Source of the DNA: Cenarchaeum sp.
GTDB lineage: Archaea; Thermoproteota; Nitrososphaeria; Nitrososphaerales; Nitrosopumilaceae
Assembly: GCA_965206845.1 (NCBI GenBank)
Contig: OZ242221.1
Coordinates: 192,001 to 256,000, forward strand
Direction of reading: 5' to 3'
DNA: 64,000 nt
The notes beneath the pieces were generated by a model, which worked only from the letters and a program-made list of their open reading frames with translations, ran no database searches and was not told the DNA's origin. Position 1 is the stretch's first letter. Every line of letters starts with the position of its first letter. Of the stretch, positions 1 to 11,225 are shown in pieces. Position numbers and translations under genes: made by a program.

Positions 1-139
1 ACACTGCGGGTCGGGTTGTCATAACCTCTGTCTCCCTGTTGATCCGCCCCAGCCTGGATCCTCAAAGGCGCATTTAGTAAGATAAGGGACAAGACTATAC
101 TTATTATCTTCCAGATATTACACCACATGTAGAAAACAG

Positions 140-1219
140 ATGAGCGAGATAAAGTTTGGAATACAGAACGGCCTCAATGTGGCTAGGGCAGGTTACACAG
201 AAGATCAAATCCTAACTGCCTGCAGGCTGGCAGACACAACAGGGTACGACTCGGTATTCTACATGGATCACACTAACGTGCCACAGTGGAAGAAGGCCAC
301 GGTTCTTGACCCATGGGTCATGCTGTCTGCCATAGCGGCAGTAACGGACAAAGTGGAGATTGGAACGTGTGTGACTGATGCCATCAGGAGGCACCCGTCA
401 AACATCGCACTAGCAACCGTCACACTGGACAGAATCTCCAAGGGAAGGGCGATCCTCGGAATAGGCGCCGGCGAGGCCCAGAACCTCAAGGAGTTCTGCA
501 TTCCGTTTGAGAAGCCGGTCTCAAAATGGGAGGAGCAGATCCAGGTCATCAAGGCGCTGTACGGTTCCTCGCCGGACAACACGGTAGACTTTGACGGCAA
601 GTATTATCAGCTAAACGGGGCATGCCTGCAGGCCGAATCCGTAAGACAGCCATACCCGCCCATATACATGGCATCGGGAGGCTCGCGGACGCTGCGGTTG
701 ACCGGCAAGTACGGCAACGGCTGGCTGCCCATAGGATACACGCCGGAGCTCTTCAAGGATCACGCGGCCCAGATCAAAAAATCCATGAAGGACAACGACA
801 GGACGCAGGAAGACAGGGACAACTTTCAGTTTGCGCTGGACGTCGATGTGTATTTTTCAGAGGACGCAGAGGAGTCTTGGGCAAGAATGAAGGAGGCCGT
901 AAAGGTGAGTCTCTTCAAGTCCGAGATTCTCAGGGTCCACCACCTCAAGGAACTGGAGGGCTTTGACTTTAGAAAGTACTTTACCGAGTACTCGATGTCA
1001 GACGCCAGCTGGATTGTGGAGATGAGAAAGGCCGCAACAAAGATCCCCGACAGTGTGGCCCGCTCCTCGACTGCCATCGGCACGCCCGAGGACATGATCC
1101 CCATATTTGAGAGGTTCAAGGAGGCAGGCGTCAACCACTTTGTGGTCAGGTTCTGGGGCAAGAACTACTTTGGGAGCATAGACAGGTTCTCAAGCCAGGT
1201 AATGCCACACATCAGGTAG
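140..1219 (+). CDS. LLM-class flavin-dependent (probably F420-dependent) oxidoreductase
   Basis: Luciferase-like motifs DH, DPWVMLSAIAA, GRAILGIGAG, PPIYMA, GWLP. Confidence 0.9.
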   Translation: MSEIKFGIQNGLNVARAGYTEDQILTACRLADTTGYDSVFYMDHTNVPQWKKATVLDPWVMLSAIAAVTDKVEIGTCVTDAIRRHPSNIALATVTLDRISKGRAILGIGAGEAQNLKEFCIPFEKPVSKWEEQIQVIKALYGSSPDNTVDFDGKYYQLNGACLQAESVRQPYPPIYMASGGSRTLRLTGKYGNGWLPIGYTPELFKDHAAQIKKSMKDNDRTQEDRDNFQFALDVDVYFSEDAEESWARMKEAVKVSLFKSEILRVHHLKELEGFDFRKYFTEYSMSDASWIVEMRKAATKIPDSVARSSTAIGTPEDMIPIFERFKEAGVNHFVVRFWGKNYFGSIDRFSSQVMPHIR

Positions 1220-1237
1220 GCGCCAACTCGTGCGGCG

Positions 1238-1912
1238 TCACAGGTAAAATTCTGATTTGAGGTTTCGGTAGAACATTCTCATGTTGGATTCAAGTACAGG
1301 TATCTTCTGCTCCATACCCTGCAGTATCGCATCGGACTGGCTATGCGGAATGGATTCTGTGGCCGCATCAAGCCAAAACCTTATCATATCCCGATCCACC
1401 TCCAGGTGAAACTGCAGGCCCACTGTCGTGCCTATCCGGAATGCCTGGTTTGCATACAGTCCGGAGCGGGCAAGACGAACAGCCCCCTCGGGAAGGTCAA
1501 AGGTGTCACCGTGCCAGTGAAATACGGTAAAGGGATCACCAAACCCCGAGAGGAGCGGGTCTGATCCAGCCACATGCAGATCATCAAAGAACCCGATCTC
1601 GCTTCTGGGTCCCCGGTACACGCGGGCCCCAAAGGCCTTTGCAACAAGCTGGGAGCCCAGGCAGACTCCCAGCAGCGGAGTCCCCTCCCTTGCAAACCTG
1701 CGGATGAGATCCATCTCTTCCCTCAGGTACGGCAAGTCGTCGTTTGCGCTCTCCGGCGCGCCAAGGATTACCCCCATGGCGTACCTGCCGCGTGGAATCC
1801 CCTGCCGCTTTGCGTGGATCACGTCAACGCCAAACCCGTCCTCCCGAAGCAGCCTTCCCAGAAGCCCCGGCCCCTCGGTCCGGGCGTTCTGCACAATCAG
1901 GACATCAGGCAC
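1238..1912 (-). CDS. Type 1 glutamine amidotransferase (GMP synthase-like)
   Basis: LGVCLGSQ nucleophile, HWHGD, QFHLE triad motif. Confidence 0.9.
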   Translation of the reverse strand: MPDVLIVQNARTEGPGLLGRLLREDGFGVDVIHAKRQGIPRGRYAMGVILGAPESANDDLPYLREEMDLIRRFAREGTPLLGVCLGSQLVAKAFGARVYRGPRSEIGFFDDLHVAGSDPLLSGFGDPFTVFHWHGDTFDLPEGAVRLARSGLYANQAFRIGTTVGLQFHLEVDRDMIRFWLDAATESIPHSQSDAILQGMEQKIPVLESNMRMFYRNLKSEFYL

Positions 1913-2072
1913 TGCACGGATGCGCCGCCGCCTCCTAATATGTCAAGCCTCAAAGCGGCCCAGGACGGATGGCGAGCAGAAGAGGGGACGCGCCCAGCCG
2001 CATCAGGGCAAACCACGCGGCCAGGCACCGGCATGGAAAGATGTAAAGGCTGCCGTGCCGTTATCTGCGCCG

Positions 2073-2453
2073 ATGCAGGTATCAGAGTCTGAGATAAGCG
2101 GCCTCCGGGACTTTGTCGCATTCCTGAACCTGCAGGAGAACAGTGCTGTCGCAGTGGAGGGAATGCGGGATGTTGCGGCCCTCAGGTGCATAGGGTACCG
2201 CGGAACAATCCTTGAGTTTCACAGGTTCTGCGGCCTGGCAGAGTTTGCAGATGCGGCAGCCGGGTACGGCACCGTGATAATGCTCTTTGATCGGGACAGA
2301 AAGGGCATGTACCTGACCAGGCGGCTGACAGGCATGCTGCAGCGCAGAACCAAGGTCGACACGGCATCCAGGCGAAGGCTTGGGGGGATCACCTGCGGCA
2401 GGATAAGATGCACCGAGCAGCTGATGTGCTACCTGCCGCACCTAGGGCAATGA
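2073..2453 (+). CDS. Small Toprim-domain protein
   Basis: VEGxxD and FDxDxxG Toprim motifs; start trimmed to in-frame ATG 2073 of the 1704 ORF. Confidence 0.75.
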   Translation: MQVSESEISGLRDFVAFLNLQENSAVAVEGMRDVAALRCIGYRGTILEFHRFCGLAEFADAAAGYGTVIMLFDRDRKGMYLTRRLTGMLQRRTKVDTASRRRLGGITCGRIRCTEQLMCYLPHLGQ

Positions 2454-2640
2454 CACGTCTCCGGGTTTAGCTTTGTCCCGTCTGTCCTGCGTTGTGAGTG
2501 CTTAAGGGCTGCCACCGCACCTTGTGCCACATGGGGGTGCCGTGCCACACAGATGTGAATTTTGACCTTGAGTCAGCCGACCTGCCTTTCCTTCTTGCCG
2601 GGATTCGCAGCCAATCCAGGCGTTCCAGACAGGGCCGAAA

Positions 2641-3918
2641 TTAACTGGTCCAGATGCCCTTGTGGTTGAAGGCGATGACCACCCTCTCAACTGCAACCAC
2701 CATGGCGGCCTTTCTCATATCAATGCCGTGCTTTTTGGCCAGGTCGTATGTGTCCTTGAAGCCGCGAGTGATGTTTGCCTCCATCTTGCCTGCAACCTCG
2801 TCAAATGTCCAGTAGTAGCCCATGTTGTTCTGGACCCACTCCAAGTATGATATGCAGACGCCGCCGGAGTTTGCCAGTATGTCGGGAATTACGAGTATGC
2901 CCTTGTCGTAGAGTATTGGATCGGCGTCGGGCAGTGTCGGGCCGTTTGCCGCCTCGCCGATTATCTTGCAGTCTATCTTTTCTGCAATATCCTTGGTAAT
3001 TGCGTTCTCCAGTGCCCCGGGAACAAGCACGTCGCACTTCATGGTAAGGAGTTCCTCTGTGGTAATCTGCCTGCTTCCGGGGAATCCCACAACCGTGCCG
3101 CTCTCCTTCTTGTACTCCATCAGCTTGCCTACGTCAAAGCCACCGGGAACCGTGATGGAGCCCTTTGAGTCGCTGGCTGCAATCACCCTTGCGCCCATCT
3201 TCTCCAAGTATACGCCTGCAAAGGTTGATGCGTTTCCGAATCCCTGCAGAACCACCTCTGCTCCGTTTAAGTCCAGATCGATTAGCTTCGCCGCCTCCCG
3301 GACGCAGTATGCCGTCCCCAGCCCGGTTGAGACGTTTCTTGCCAGCGAGCCGGCCATAGAGACCGGCTTTCCCGTAATGACTGCCGGGCAGTATATGTTG
3401 CCGTTCATCTTGCTATATGTATCCATTATCTGCACCATCTCACGTCCTGCCGTGTAGACATCCGGTGCAGGAATGTCCTTCTGCGGGCCGATCACCTCTG
3501 CGATCTTGTAGGTAAAGCCACGGGTCAGTTTCTCCAGCTCGGCATCGCTGAGTTTCTCCTTCTTCGGGTTGACGAATATGCCACCCTTTCCGCCGCCCAT
3601 CGGAATGTCGACTATGGCGCACTTCCATGTCATCCAAGACGACAGTGCCATCACCTCGCGCTCCATGTACTCGACGCCGCCCTCGGGGTCAAAGTACCGG
3701 ATACCGCCCTTGTACGGTCCCCTGTCGTTGTTATGCTGGCATCGAAATCCTGTAAATACTCTGAGGCTGCCATCGTCCATCTTTACGGGAATCTTGACGC
3801 GCAAGAGTCTGTCCGGCATCACTAGATAGTCGCGCAGTCCCCTGTCCTGGATTCCCAGTATGTCGCATGCGTCGTTGACCTGTTTCGCTGCGCTCTCAAA
3901 AGGATCGTGGCCTGACAA
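2641..3918 (-). CDS. gdhA: Glutamate dehydrogenase
   Basis: RGPYKGGIR, GGGKGG, DIPAPD, QGFGN, EAANGP, PDILANSGGV. Confidence 0.95.
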   Translation of the reverse strand: MSGHDPFESAAKQVNDACDILGIQDRGLRDYLVMPDRLLRVKIPVKMDDGSLRVFTGFRCQHNNDRGPYKGGIRYFDPEGGVEYMEREVMALSSWMTWKCAIVDIPMGGGKGGIFVNPKKEKLSDAELEKLTRGFTYKIAEVIGPQKDIPAPDVYTAGREMVQIMDTYSKMNGNIYCPAVITGKPVSMAGSLARNVSTGLGTAYCVREAAKLIDLDLNGAEVVLQGFGNASTFAGVYLEKMGARVIAASDSKGSITVPGGFDVGKLMEYKKESGTVVGFPGSRQITTEELLTMKCDVLVPGALENAITKDIAEKIDCKIIGEAANGPTLPDADPILYDKGILVIPDILANSGGVCISYLEWVQNNMGYYWTFDEVAGKMEANITRGFKDTYDLAKKHGIDMRKAAMVVAVERVVIAFNHKGIWTS

Positions 3919-4207
3919 TATGCTTGAAATTTTTTATAAACACTATATTTAGGTTTTGACATGGCAGGCACGATTACTCCCCTGAAGGCGTGCATCCACG
4001 TGCATGAATGTAGGGGGCGCGACGCTATGCTTGCGCGCTGCGCCCCGCTTGCCGCCTGTATGCGTGCCTATGTGGCGCCCGATCCTTTATCCGGATGTAC
4101 CCCGTCGCATGTGGCGCCATAGGCATGCCGACATATCTTTTGAATGGACGGCGCGTCTGGCCGCCTGCCAGGCAGAGGCAGGATGATCACGGTAGTCCGG
4201 GATGAAG

Positions 4208-5083
4208 TCATGTGGCAGATGCCAGGATCTCGTTTGCGGCGCCTTGCAGGATCCGGCACTGCCCGAGTGCCCGCTCCGTGCCACCCTCCAGATCAAGGGC
4301 AATCCTGAGGACGTGGGCCAGCTCCGGCCTTGAGGGCATCATGTCTTTTGCCGCGACCATGATATTCTTGCTGGTGTACCCGAGGTAAAAGTAGCAGTCA
4401 GGTATCTGCTGGTGCCCTGCCATGTAGTCGTGCTTCCTGCCGATAATCCCCGAGTGGCCGTTGCCCTCCACCATGTCTGAGAGTCCCATGGTAGACTTGG
4501 ACATCCTCTCCAGCAGTACCGGTGTGGCCCGGTCGATTCCAATGCACGAGTGCACCACGGCAAGCTTTTCGCTGATGGGATCCCTGTCCAGCTGGCGCAG
4601 GGCGCCAAGCATGTGGGCAGGGCTGGGTCGGATCCCGTTTGAGAAGCAGATGGCATCGGCAAGGTAGAATGCGGCGCACTTGAGCCATGCCGGTGCCAGC
4701 ATGTCACCTGCCGCCAGGCCATGCCGGGCCCTAGCAGTGCAGAACAACGAGTCTAGCAGGGAGTTCCTTGCCGAGTCGCGAAAGAGATCCCCGCGCCTCT
4801 CCCGAAGCGTGGACAAAAGCATGCGGATCTCCCACCGGTCGTCCCGGAGTATTTGCAGATCACAGAGCTGGGCCAAGATGTTTGAGTGGTACTCGTTGAA
4901 GGACCCATGGTGCACCCTTACAAAGTTCCCGTCCTGCTCCACCACCAGCTCGCCCTCCACCCTTCCGTCAAAGACAGTGATGTCGTGTTCGCAGCATTCC
5001 AGCGGGCTCTGGTTCTGGCACCCACCGGCGCCCACGGCAAAATCGGTCAGCGAGTACTCTTCCAGTATGCTCTCCAGATCCAT
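4208..5083 (-). CDS. Conserved hypothetical protein (possible degenerate nucleotidyltransferase fold)
   Basis: Long ORF with TATA-like upstream sequence; N-terminal GG..E-x-D-I-T-V-F pattern. Confidence 0.6.
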   Translation of the reverse strand: MDLESILEEYSLTDFAVGAGGCQNQSPLECCEHDITVFDGRVEGELVVEQDGNFVRVHHGSFNEYHSNILAQLCDLQILRDDRWEIRMLLSTLRERRGDLFRDSARNSLLDSLFCTARARHGLAAGDMLAPAWLKCAAFYLADAICFSNGIRPSPAHMLGALRQLDRDPISEKLAVVHSCIGIDRATPVLLERMSKSTMGLSDMVEGNGHSGIIGRKHDYMAGHQQIPDCYFYLGYTSKNIMVAAKDMMPSRPELAHVLRIALDLEGGTERALGQCRILQGAANEILASAT

Positions 5084-5192
5084 ACGCCATACTGGGCAGG
5101 CCCGTCTATAAAACGGCCAAGCTGATAATATTTACCAGGCGCGCAGCTGCCAAAACATTCCTTTAAATTGAGATCCGGCAGAGCACCATCGG

Positions 5193-5268
5193 GCTCCTGT
5201 GGTGTAGTCCGGCTAAGCATACTGCCCTCTCAAGGCAGTGATCCCGGGTTCAAATCCCGGCGGGAGCA
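5193..5268 (+). tRNA. tRNA-Glu(CTC)
   Basis: GCTCCTG/CGGGAGC acceptor stem, CTGCC-CT-CTC-AA-GGCAG anticodon arm, GGTTCAAATCC T arm, TTTAAA box at 5162. Confidence 0.95.
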
Positions 5269-5518
5269 TCTCTCATGCCAGGCTATTTGAGGTGACAGTG
5301 TAATCATGGCAGCAAAGCTAGCAGATGCTACACGCACCATCTAGAACCGAACCACAAACACCAAGATCACGCAGGGCTCATCTGCCTGCAATAAGAGACG
5401 GCATGTCGGTCGCCAGCAGGCATCCTGTTTCTGCTGCGCCCGGCATCACCCTGCCGCCGGTACGATAAGAAACGCCGCCTGTACGGATGTGGTGGTGGCA
5501 TCCCCGCTGAGCGTTACC

Positions 5519-6289
5519 TTAGAGAACAGGTGGCGCAATAAGAAACGTCACCTGTACGGATGTGGCGACCGTTTGATCAGGCGCGAAGAGCTGCGTTGAG
5601 GATCTGTCAGTGTCAGCTCGCGCGAATGCAAAAGACTCCTGCGCGTACGGTTTGCCATCAAACATCGATACCGTCTTGACCCCCGCTATCTCATGGCCAA
5701 GCGGCTCCAGAATCTCTTGCGCCCTGTCCATTGCATTAAGCACGGCGTCCTCGATGAGGTCGCGCTGTATCGCGGTCTGCCTGTCAGGCGAGAGTGTAAA
5801 GTATATCGTATCTATCCGGTTTGCCCCGGCGCCAACGGCACCGTCAACAATGTCCGCTGCCGAGTCCAGCATTGCCGTCTCAACGGTGACCGTGTTGGTC
5901 ACGCGGTACCCCACAAGCTCCTGCGTGTATAAGCCGTCCACCTCAAACCCCTGATACACTGGACGGATGTCAAACCGGGACGTGCTAACATCTTCCTGCG
6001 GTATCCCCGCCTCAAGTATGGCGCCTATCGTGCCGTCCATCAGATCCGAGTTGGACTCGAGGGCGCCACGGGCCGTATCCTCCTGCGTCTCAACGCCAAT
6101 CCGCACCACCAGCAGGTCCGCTGCCACGCTCTCTGACGCGGTTCCCACCACGCTGATCTCGTGCTCGTTTGTCTGAGCCGGTATCGCTGGAAACTCTTGC
6201 CGCGCATTGTCAGACAGACTCAAGGTCGCAACGGCTATTCCAAACAGCACAACGGCTACTGCTATAGCCAGCTTGCCGTCTGTAACCAT
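5519..6289 (-). CDS. SIMPL (DUF541) domain protein with N-terminal signal/anchor
   Basis: ISVVG..ADL, GYRVTNTVTV, GANRI, DAVLNA..RA, VQVTF pattern. Confidence 0.85.
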   Translation of the reverse strand: MVTDGKLAIAVAVVLFGIAVATLSLSDNARQEFPAIPAQTNEHEISVVGTASESVAADLLVVRIGVETQEDTARGALESNSDLMDGTIGAILEAGIPQEDVSTSRFDIRPVYQGFEVDGLYTQELVGYRVTNTVTVETAMLDSAADIVDGAVGAGANRIDTIYFTLSPDRQTAIQRDLIEDAVLNAMDRAQEILEPLGHEIAGVKTVSMFDGKPYAQESFAFARADTDRSSTQLFAPDQTVATSVQVTFLIAPPVL

Positions 6290-6381
6290 GCTTTTGGCCT
6301 TAGTCTATTATATTTATAGATTCTATTAAAAAATCTGATCTTTGTTATCCAATTACTCTAGGCAAGAAATACACTGGGAAT

Positions 6382-7038
6382 ATGGCACTTCGGGACGTTA
6401 CGCTGAGGGAGGAGTATAGATCAGACAGGAATGACCTGATCACCGAGTTCTTTGAGCCGTGCCTCAGGAACTGCGCCGAGTACTCCAGGTGCATCGAGTC
6501 GGTATCCATCAGGAATCTCTCAAAGCTGGCCCTGGGCCTTGACAACTTTACGGAGAGACGGGTCAAGATGCGCGTCGTCTGCGGCCACAGGTTCGATGCG
6601 TCCGAGCTGGATCTGCTCTCCAGGCTGTTTGGCCACAGCAAGGCCAAGGGCTTCCTGGGCGGTTCGATCATCAAAGACGCCAAGATGGCGATGCTAAGAA
6701 GCGTGGTAAAGGAACACCAGATCGAGATCCGGATTGCAATACCAAACTCCGAGGTGGTAGGCTCGTTTGCCGAGCGGGGCGGAATATTCGCAGATGAGCA
6801 TGGCGACATGGTGGCCTTTTCAGGTACGTCAAGCGATGCATTCTCGCAAAACACGCACAACTTTGAATCGCTGGATGTGTTCACGTCCTGGAATGACAGA
6901 TCCCGGGTCGAGCACAAGTTCAGTGACTTTGACATGCTGTGGACGAACAAGACGAAATACATCGACGTGTATGACTTTGTGCAGGCAGAGAAGAACAGCC
7001 TGCTCAAGTACTCCTCGCAGCTGATCCTTGATCTGTAG
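6382..7038 (+). CDS. Stand-alone PLD-like domain resembling the N-terminus of PLD-SF2 helicase restriction proteins
   Basis: YRS..NDL..EFF.PCL, GIF.D..G..VAFSG, N.ES.DVF.SW, F..LW.N; HxK replaced by AxR. Confidence 0.65.
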   Translation: MALRDVTLREEYRSDRNDLITEFFEPCLRNCAEYSRCIESVSIRNLSKLALGLDNFTERRVKMRVVCGHRFDASELDLLSRLFGHSKAKGFLGGSIIKDAKMAMLRSVVKEHQIEIRIAIPNSEVVGSFAERGGIFADEHGDMVAFSGTSSDAFSQNTHNFESLDVFTSWNDRSRVEHKFSDFDMLWTNKTKYIDVYDFVQAEKNSLLKYSSQLILDL

Positions 7039-7040
7039 GG

Positions 7041-7592
7041 CTAGTCCCGGTGCTTGTTCCGGTGAAACTCGGTCTTTGATATCTTGTAGTAGATCACCTC
7101 GCCGCGCCGCTCGATCACCGCGATTATGGGCTCCTTGCCCATCCGGGCAATCTCCTCGATCTTCTTCTGCAGCCGTCCGATCTTCTCCTGCCTTCCCTCG
7201 CTCATCCCAAATATCAGGTACTTTGTGCCCCGCTCTCCAAAGCCGCCGCGCTCATAGACCCTAAAATCAGAGCCAAACCCGAACCCGTCCTTTACCGTGT
7301 ATCCCCGGGTTCTCAGATCGCGGTATATGAGGAACTTGGTAAGGATCTCCCCGCTGTACTTTGAACTGACATCCATCATGCGGTCAAAGTCGATGCTCCG
7401 CCTGCCCTGGGTGAGCTTCAGCTTGCCCAGGTACAGCAGGTAGAGCGCCTCAAAATTCTTGAGGTAAAAGGCGCCGTGCAGCTCCTCGCCGTATCCCTTG
7501 AGCTCCAGCTGGCGTTGCGCCTCGCTGTCGGCAACAAGAACCTGATCCCGGACGAGCTTCCCCACCACCTCCGGCTCTGCCTCATACTCCAC
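7041..7592 (-). CDS. endA: tRNA-intron endonuclease subunit
   Basis: L.L..FEALYL, FLIYRDLR.RGY.VK.GFGFGSDFRVY. Confidence 0.9.
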   Translation of the reverse strand: MEYEAEPEVVGKLVRDQVLVADSEAQRQLELKGYGEELHGAFYLKNFEALYLLYLGKLKLTQGRRSIDFDRMMDVSSKYSGEILTKFLIYRDLRTRGYTVKDGFGFGSDFRVYERGGFGERGTKYLIFGMSEGRQEKIGRLQKKIEEIARMGKEPIIAVIERRGEVIYYKISKTEFHRNKHRD

Positions 7593-7765
7593 TGGATTCT
7601 GATCCGGCTGTTTGCAATATTAAGGATGCACAGGTTCGCGTGATCATCTGTGCCGGGTACGAAGTCCCGGAATGAACAGATCTGCGCCGCCATGTGGCAT
7701 CAGGCCCTGCAGAGCTGGTGCATGCTGACTTACCGTTAAAATATGGGCAGGCTGTGCCAGACGGT

Positions 7766-8260
7766 ATGCACGGCGCAAACTACCGCAAGAGCAACGGCCA
7801 GCCATACACAAGAAAAAAGTACATCAGGGGAAAGCCCCAGTCCAAGATCGCAAAGTACCACGGCGGGAAGCGCGGCCAGTACGACTACTGCGTGCAGCTG
7901 CTGATAAACGAAAAGATCCAGATAAGGCACATGGCCATAGAATCCACGAGGCTGGCGGCGAACAAATTACTGGAGAAGACCACCGGCGAGTCAGGCTACT
8001 TTTCCAGACTGCGCATATACCCGCATATCCTGCTCCGAGAGAACAAGATGATCGCCGCTGCCGGCGCCGACAGGCTTCAGGAGGGAATGCGCCGCGCCTT
8101 TGGCAAGGCAGTAAGCCTGGCAGCCCGGGTGGATCGCGGCCAGTGCATTATGGAGATGAGCGTGAAAAAGGAGCATCTAGAAGCGGCCAAGGTTGCCCTG
8201 TACCGCGCCTGCGTCAAGCTGCCCGGCACGCCTACAATAAAGGTAATAGAGCTTGCCTAG
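7766..8260 (+). CDS. rpl10e: 50S ribosomal protein uL16 (L10e)
   Basis: PYTR..YI.G.P, YPH.LLRENK, GADRLQEGMRRAFGK, KLP; start at MHGANY. Confidence 0.95.
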   Translation: MHGANYRKSNGQPYTRKKYIRGKPQSKIAKYHGGKRGQYDYCVQLLINEKIQIRHMAIESTRLAANKLLEKTTGESGYFSRLRIYPHILLRENKMIAAAGADRLQEGMRRAFGKAVSLAARVDRGQCIMEMSVKKEHLEAAKVALYRACVKLPGTPTIKVIELA

Positions 8261-8526
8261 CCCTTCAGTACCTTGAGGAACCGCTCCCTGTGCTCTTCCA
8301 TGATCCCGACAAACTCCAGAAACTCGTCCGGATACGGATCCCGCTTGAGCACCCTGTGGCTCTGGTAGTAGAACGAGTTGTAGAGCCGCCCGGCCAGGAT
8401 TCCCAGCGATACCGCTCCTGCGTCCAGGGACGGCGCCAGAGCGCCTGCCAGCCTCTTGATCTCGTCTGCTGACTCGAGTGACTCGGCTATCTTTGCGTCC
8501 AGCCTGTCTTTGATGCGCGCGTCCAC
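8257..8526 (-). CDS. Small hypothetical protein
   Basis: Convergent ORF overlapping the rpl10e stop; helical protein with GRLYNSFYYQ. Confidence 0.6.
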   Translation of the reverse strand: MDARIKDRLDAKIAESLESADEIKRLAGALAPSLDAGAVSLGILAGRLYNSFYYQSHRVLKRDPYPDEFLEFVGIMEEHRERFLKVLKG

Positions 8527-8602
8527 AGGCTTTGGTGGTTCCCGTGGTTAAAAAAAATACTGGACACCATGTGTGCCTGCGGCGCCGGTTGTGGCCGCGG
8601 GG

Positions 8603-10984
8603 CTACCTGCCGGCAGGCCTCCACCGCCTCAGCAGCAGGGAGTTTGACACGACAGATATCGAGCTTGCGGCCATGGCGATGCTGGCCATGGCCGGGTGGA
8701 GCAGCCCCATTCCCGCCACGGGGATTAGGACCGCATTGTACACAAACGCATAGACTAGGTTCTGCTTTATCCTGCCGGTCGTCTTTTTGCTGATCGCTAT
8801 GGCAGACACCGTTCCGACGGGATCCCCGTGCATCAGCACCACGTCCCCGGACTCCACTGCAATGTCTGTCCCCCCGCCTATGGCGACTCCCACGTCTGCC
8901 TGGGTCAGGGCCGGAGCGTCGTTGATACCATCGCCCACCATTGCAACCTTTCTGCCCTCCTGCTGCAGGCGCGCAATGGCGCCGGCCTTGTCTGCTGGAA
9001 GCATGTCAGCCAGGATCACGTCTATCCCCAGCTCCCCTGCGATCGTCTGCGATGCTGCCCTGCCGTCGCCCGTAAGCATCATCACGTTGATGCCCATCTC
9101 TTGGAGGCGCCTGACTGCGGTGCGCGCATTGGGCCTGGGCGTGTCTGAGAGGCCGATGATCCCGTAGATCTCTCCGCCTGCGGCCACAATAGAGACGGAC
9201 TTTCCGGCATCCTGCAGGCGCTGCACTGCATCGCCCCCGTCAATGCCGCTCTCCTGCATCATTCTGGCGCTGCCCACAATGATCTCCTTGCCGTGCACCG
9301 TTGCGCGCACGCCTCTGCCTGGGACAGAGACGAACTGCTGCGCCGCAACCGGCTCTATGCCCCGCTCCCGGGCGTACCGGACGGTGGCACGGGCAAGGGG
9401 GTGCTCGGACTTTTCCTGCGCGGCAGATGCCGCTGCCAGCAGATCGCTCTCCGATATCCCTGCAGACGGGATGACCTCTGTCACCTGCGGCCTGCCCAGG
9501 GTCAGGGTCCCGGTCTTGTCAAATACCACCGTATCCACCTTGCCCAGCACCTCGAGGCTTCTGCCGTCCCTAAAGACGATCCCGTGCCTGGCCGCCATGC
9601 CCATCCCCACCATCACCGCAGTGGGGGTTGCAAGGCCCAAGGCGCAGGGGCATGCAACCACAAGGACCGCCACAGTGGGAATCAGCGCCGCGGCAACCGA
9701 GCCGGTCCCTTCAATGATCATCCATAAAAGAAACGTTGCCAGCGCAACGGACATCACAACCAGCGAGAACCTTCCGGCCACCGCATCTGCCAGATTCTGC
9801 ACGGGGGGTTTTCTGGCCATGGCATCCTCCACCCGGGCCACCACCTGTGCCAGAAACGACTGGGCGCCCGTCCTTGTCACCTCGAGTGTGAGCGCGCCCT
9901 CCAGGTTTACCGTTCCCCCGATGACCGGATCCCCTGGGGATCTGGTGACGGGAGCGGGCTCCCCGGTGACCATGGATTCATCCACCGCAGAGCAGCCCTC
10001 GGTGACCCTAGAGTCCGCAGGGATGCCCTGTCCCGGGCGGACAAGCACCACATCGCCGGGCTGCAGGAGATCTGCTGCGATCTCCGACTCGATCCCGTCC
10101 CTGATGACTGCCGCGGTTCGCGGCCGCATCTCCAGCAGCTCCCTGATCGTGGAAGACGCCCTTCCCTTGGTCCTGTTCTCAAGGTACCTGCCCAGAAGGA
10201 CAAAGGTGATCACCATGGCAGACGCCTCGTAGTGCATATTCTCCCACAGCGGAACCGGAAAGGTATTGTAGGCGCTGAAGAGAAACGCGGCGCTTGTTCC
10301 CAGCACTATCAGGGTGTCCATTCCTGCTGCCCTGGCCCTGGCGGTTCGAAACGCCATGACGTAGAACCCTCGCCCGGCCAGCATCTGAACCACTGCGGCG
10401 CAGGCAAACACGGCGTACGCCACCTCTGCACCTGTGCCTATCTGGGGCAGGTATGCAGATCCAAAATTCCCAAGCAGAACCACGGGCACGCTAAAGAGCG
10501 CGGCCACAAAGAGCCGCCTCTTGGCCTCTTGCGCCTCTGCCTGCGCAGACGAGCCTGCGGTCTCGTCGACTATGCGGTAGCCGGAGCTGTTCAGGGTCAC
10601 TCGGATGTCTGCCAGGGAGAGCAGTGCAGGATTGTACCTTACCACAACCCTTGCATTTCCAAAGTTTGCCGACGCGTCACGCACTCCGGGAACCGCGCGA
10701 AGCATCTCCTCCAGGCGCCGGGCTCCTGCAACGTCTGTCATTCCCCGTATGCCGGCTGCCAGCTCCTCGTATACGACCCGGTAGCCTGCCTTTTGCACCG
10801 CCGCCTCCATCTCTAGAATGCTTGTTGACCCGGGATCACACTCCAGCACGGCCTTCTGGGAGCCCAAGCTGACATTGCACTCCCTTACGCCGGGAATCTC
10901 GGATAACTGGCTCTGGATGGTGCCGGCACACCCGGCGCAGGTCATTCCGCCTATCTTCAGAACGACTCTTTCCCTTGTATCCAT
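8603..10984 (-). CDS. copA: Cu(I)-type heavy-metal P1B ATPase
   Basis: GMTCAGC metal-binding domain, [25 protein letters not shown] and MAASS motifs. Confidence 0.93.
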   Translation of the reverse strand: MDTRERVVLKIGGMTCAGCAGTIQSQLSEIPGVRECNVSLGSQKAVLECDPGSTSILEMEAAVQKAGYRVVYEELAAGIRGMTDVAGARRLEEMLRAVPGVRDASANFGNARVVVRYNPALLSLADIRVTLNSSGYRIVDETAGSSAQAEAQEAKRRLFVAALFSVPVVLLGNFGSAYLPQIGTGAEVAYAVFACAAVVQMLAGRGFYVMAFRTARARAAGMDTLIVLGTSAAFLFSAYNTFPVPLWENMHYEASAMVITFVLLGRYLENRTKGRASSTIRELLEMRPRTAAVIRDGIESEIAADLLQPGDVVLVRPGQGIPADSRVTEGCSAVDESMVTGEPAPVTRSPGDPVIGGTVNLEGALTLEVTRTGAQSFLAQVVARVEDAMARKPPVQNLADAVAGRFSLVVMSVALATFLLWMIIEGTGSVAAALIPTVAVLVVACPCALGLATPTAVMVGMGMAARHGIVFRDGRSLEVLGKVDTVVFDKTGTLTLGRPQVTEVIPSAGISESDLLAAASAAQEKSEHPLARATVRYARERGIEPVAAQQFVSVPGRGVRATVHGKEIIVGSARMMQESGIDGGDAVQRLQDAGKSVSIVAAGGEIYGIIGLSDTPRPNARTAVRRLQEMGINVMMLTGDGRAASQTIAGELGIDVILADMLPADKAGAIARLQQEGRKVAMVGDGINDAPALTQADVGVAIGGGTDIAVESGDVVLMHGDPVGTVSAIAISKKTTGRIKQNLVYAFVYNAVLIPVAGMGLLHPAMASIAMAASSISVVSNSLLLRRWRPAGR

Positions 10985-11225
10985 ACCCTGGGTACGGGCG
11001 CCGCCTAAAAAACACTTGGCGGAAGTATGGCAGGGATCATTCCTGCACCGTCGGCGCGCTACGCGTCAGGTTAGAGTACGGCAGAAACCGATGTGGGCAC
11101 CGGCCATGCGACGCAGGAGTCACGCACGCCGGCTCACCTGCCGTTCCGGGCCCGGCGCGCGGGCCCCCTCGAGGCGCGTTCCCAGATTGCGCAGATACAT
11201 GAAATCTGGTCAGGGTGCATACCAG

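Noticed and set aside
1-70. Start of a minus-strand gene running off the left edge
   Set aside because: Too short to assign a frame or product
9243-10232. Long antisense ORFs (here and over purL, nnrD, trmI, ABC permease, IS630)
   Set aside because: Shadow frames of GC-rich genes with no protein-like motifs
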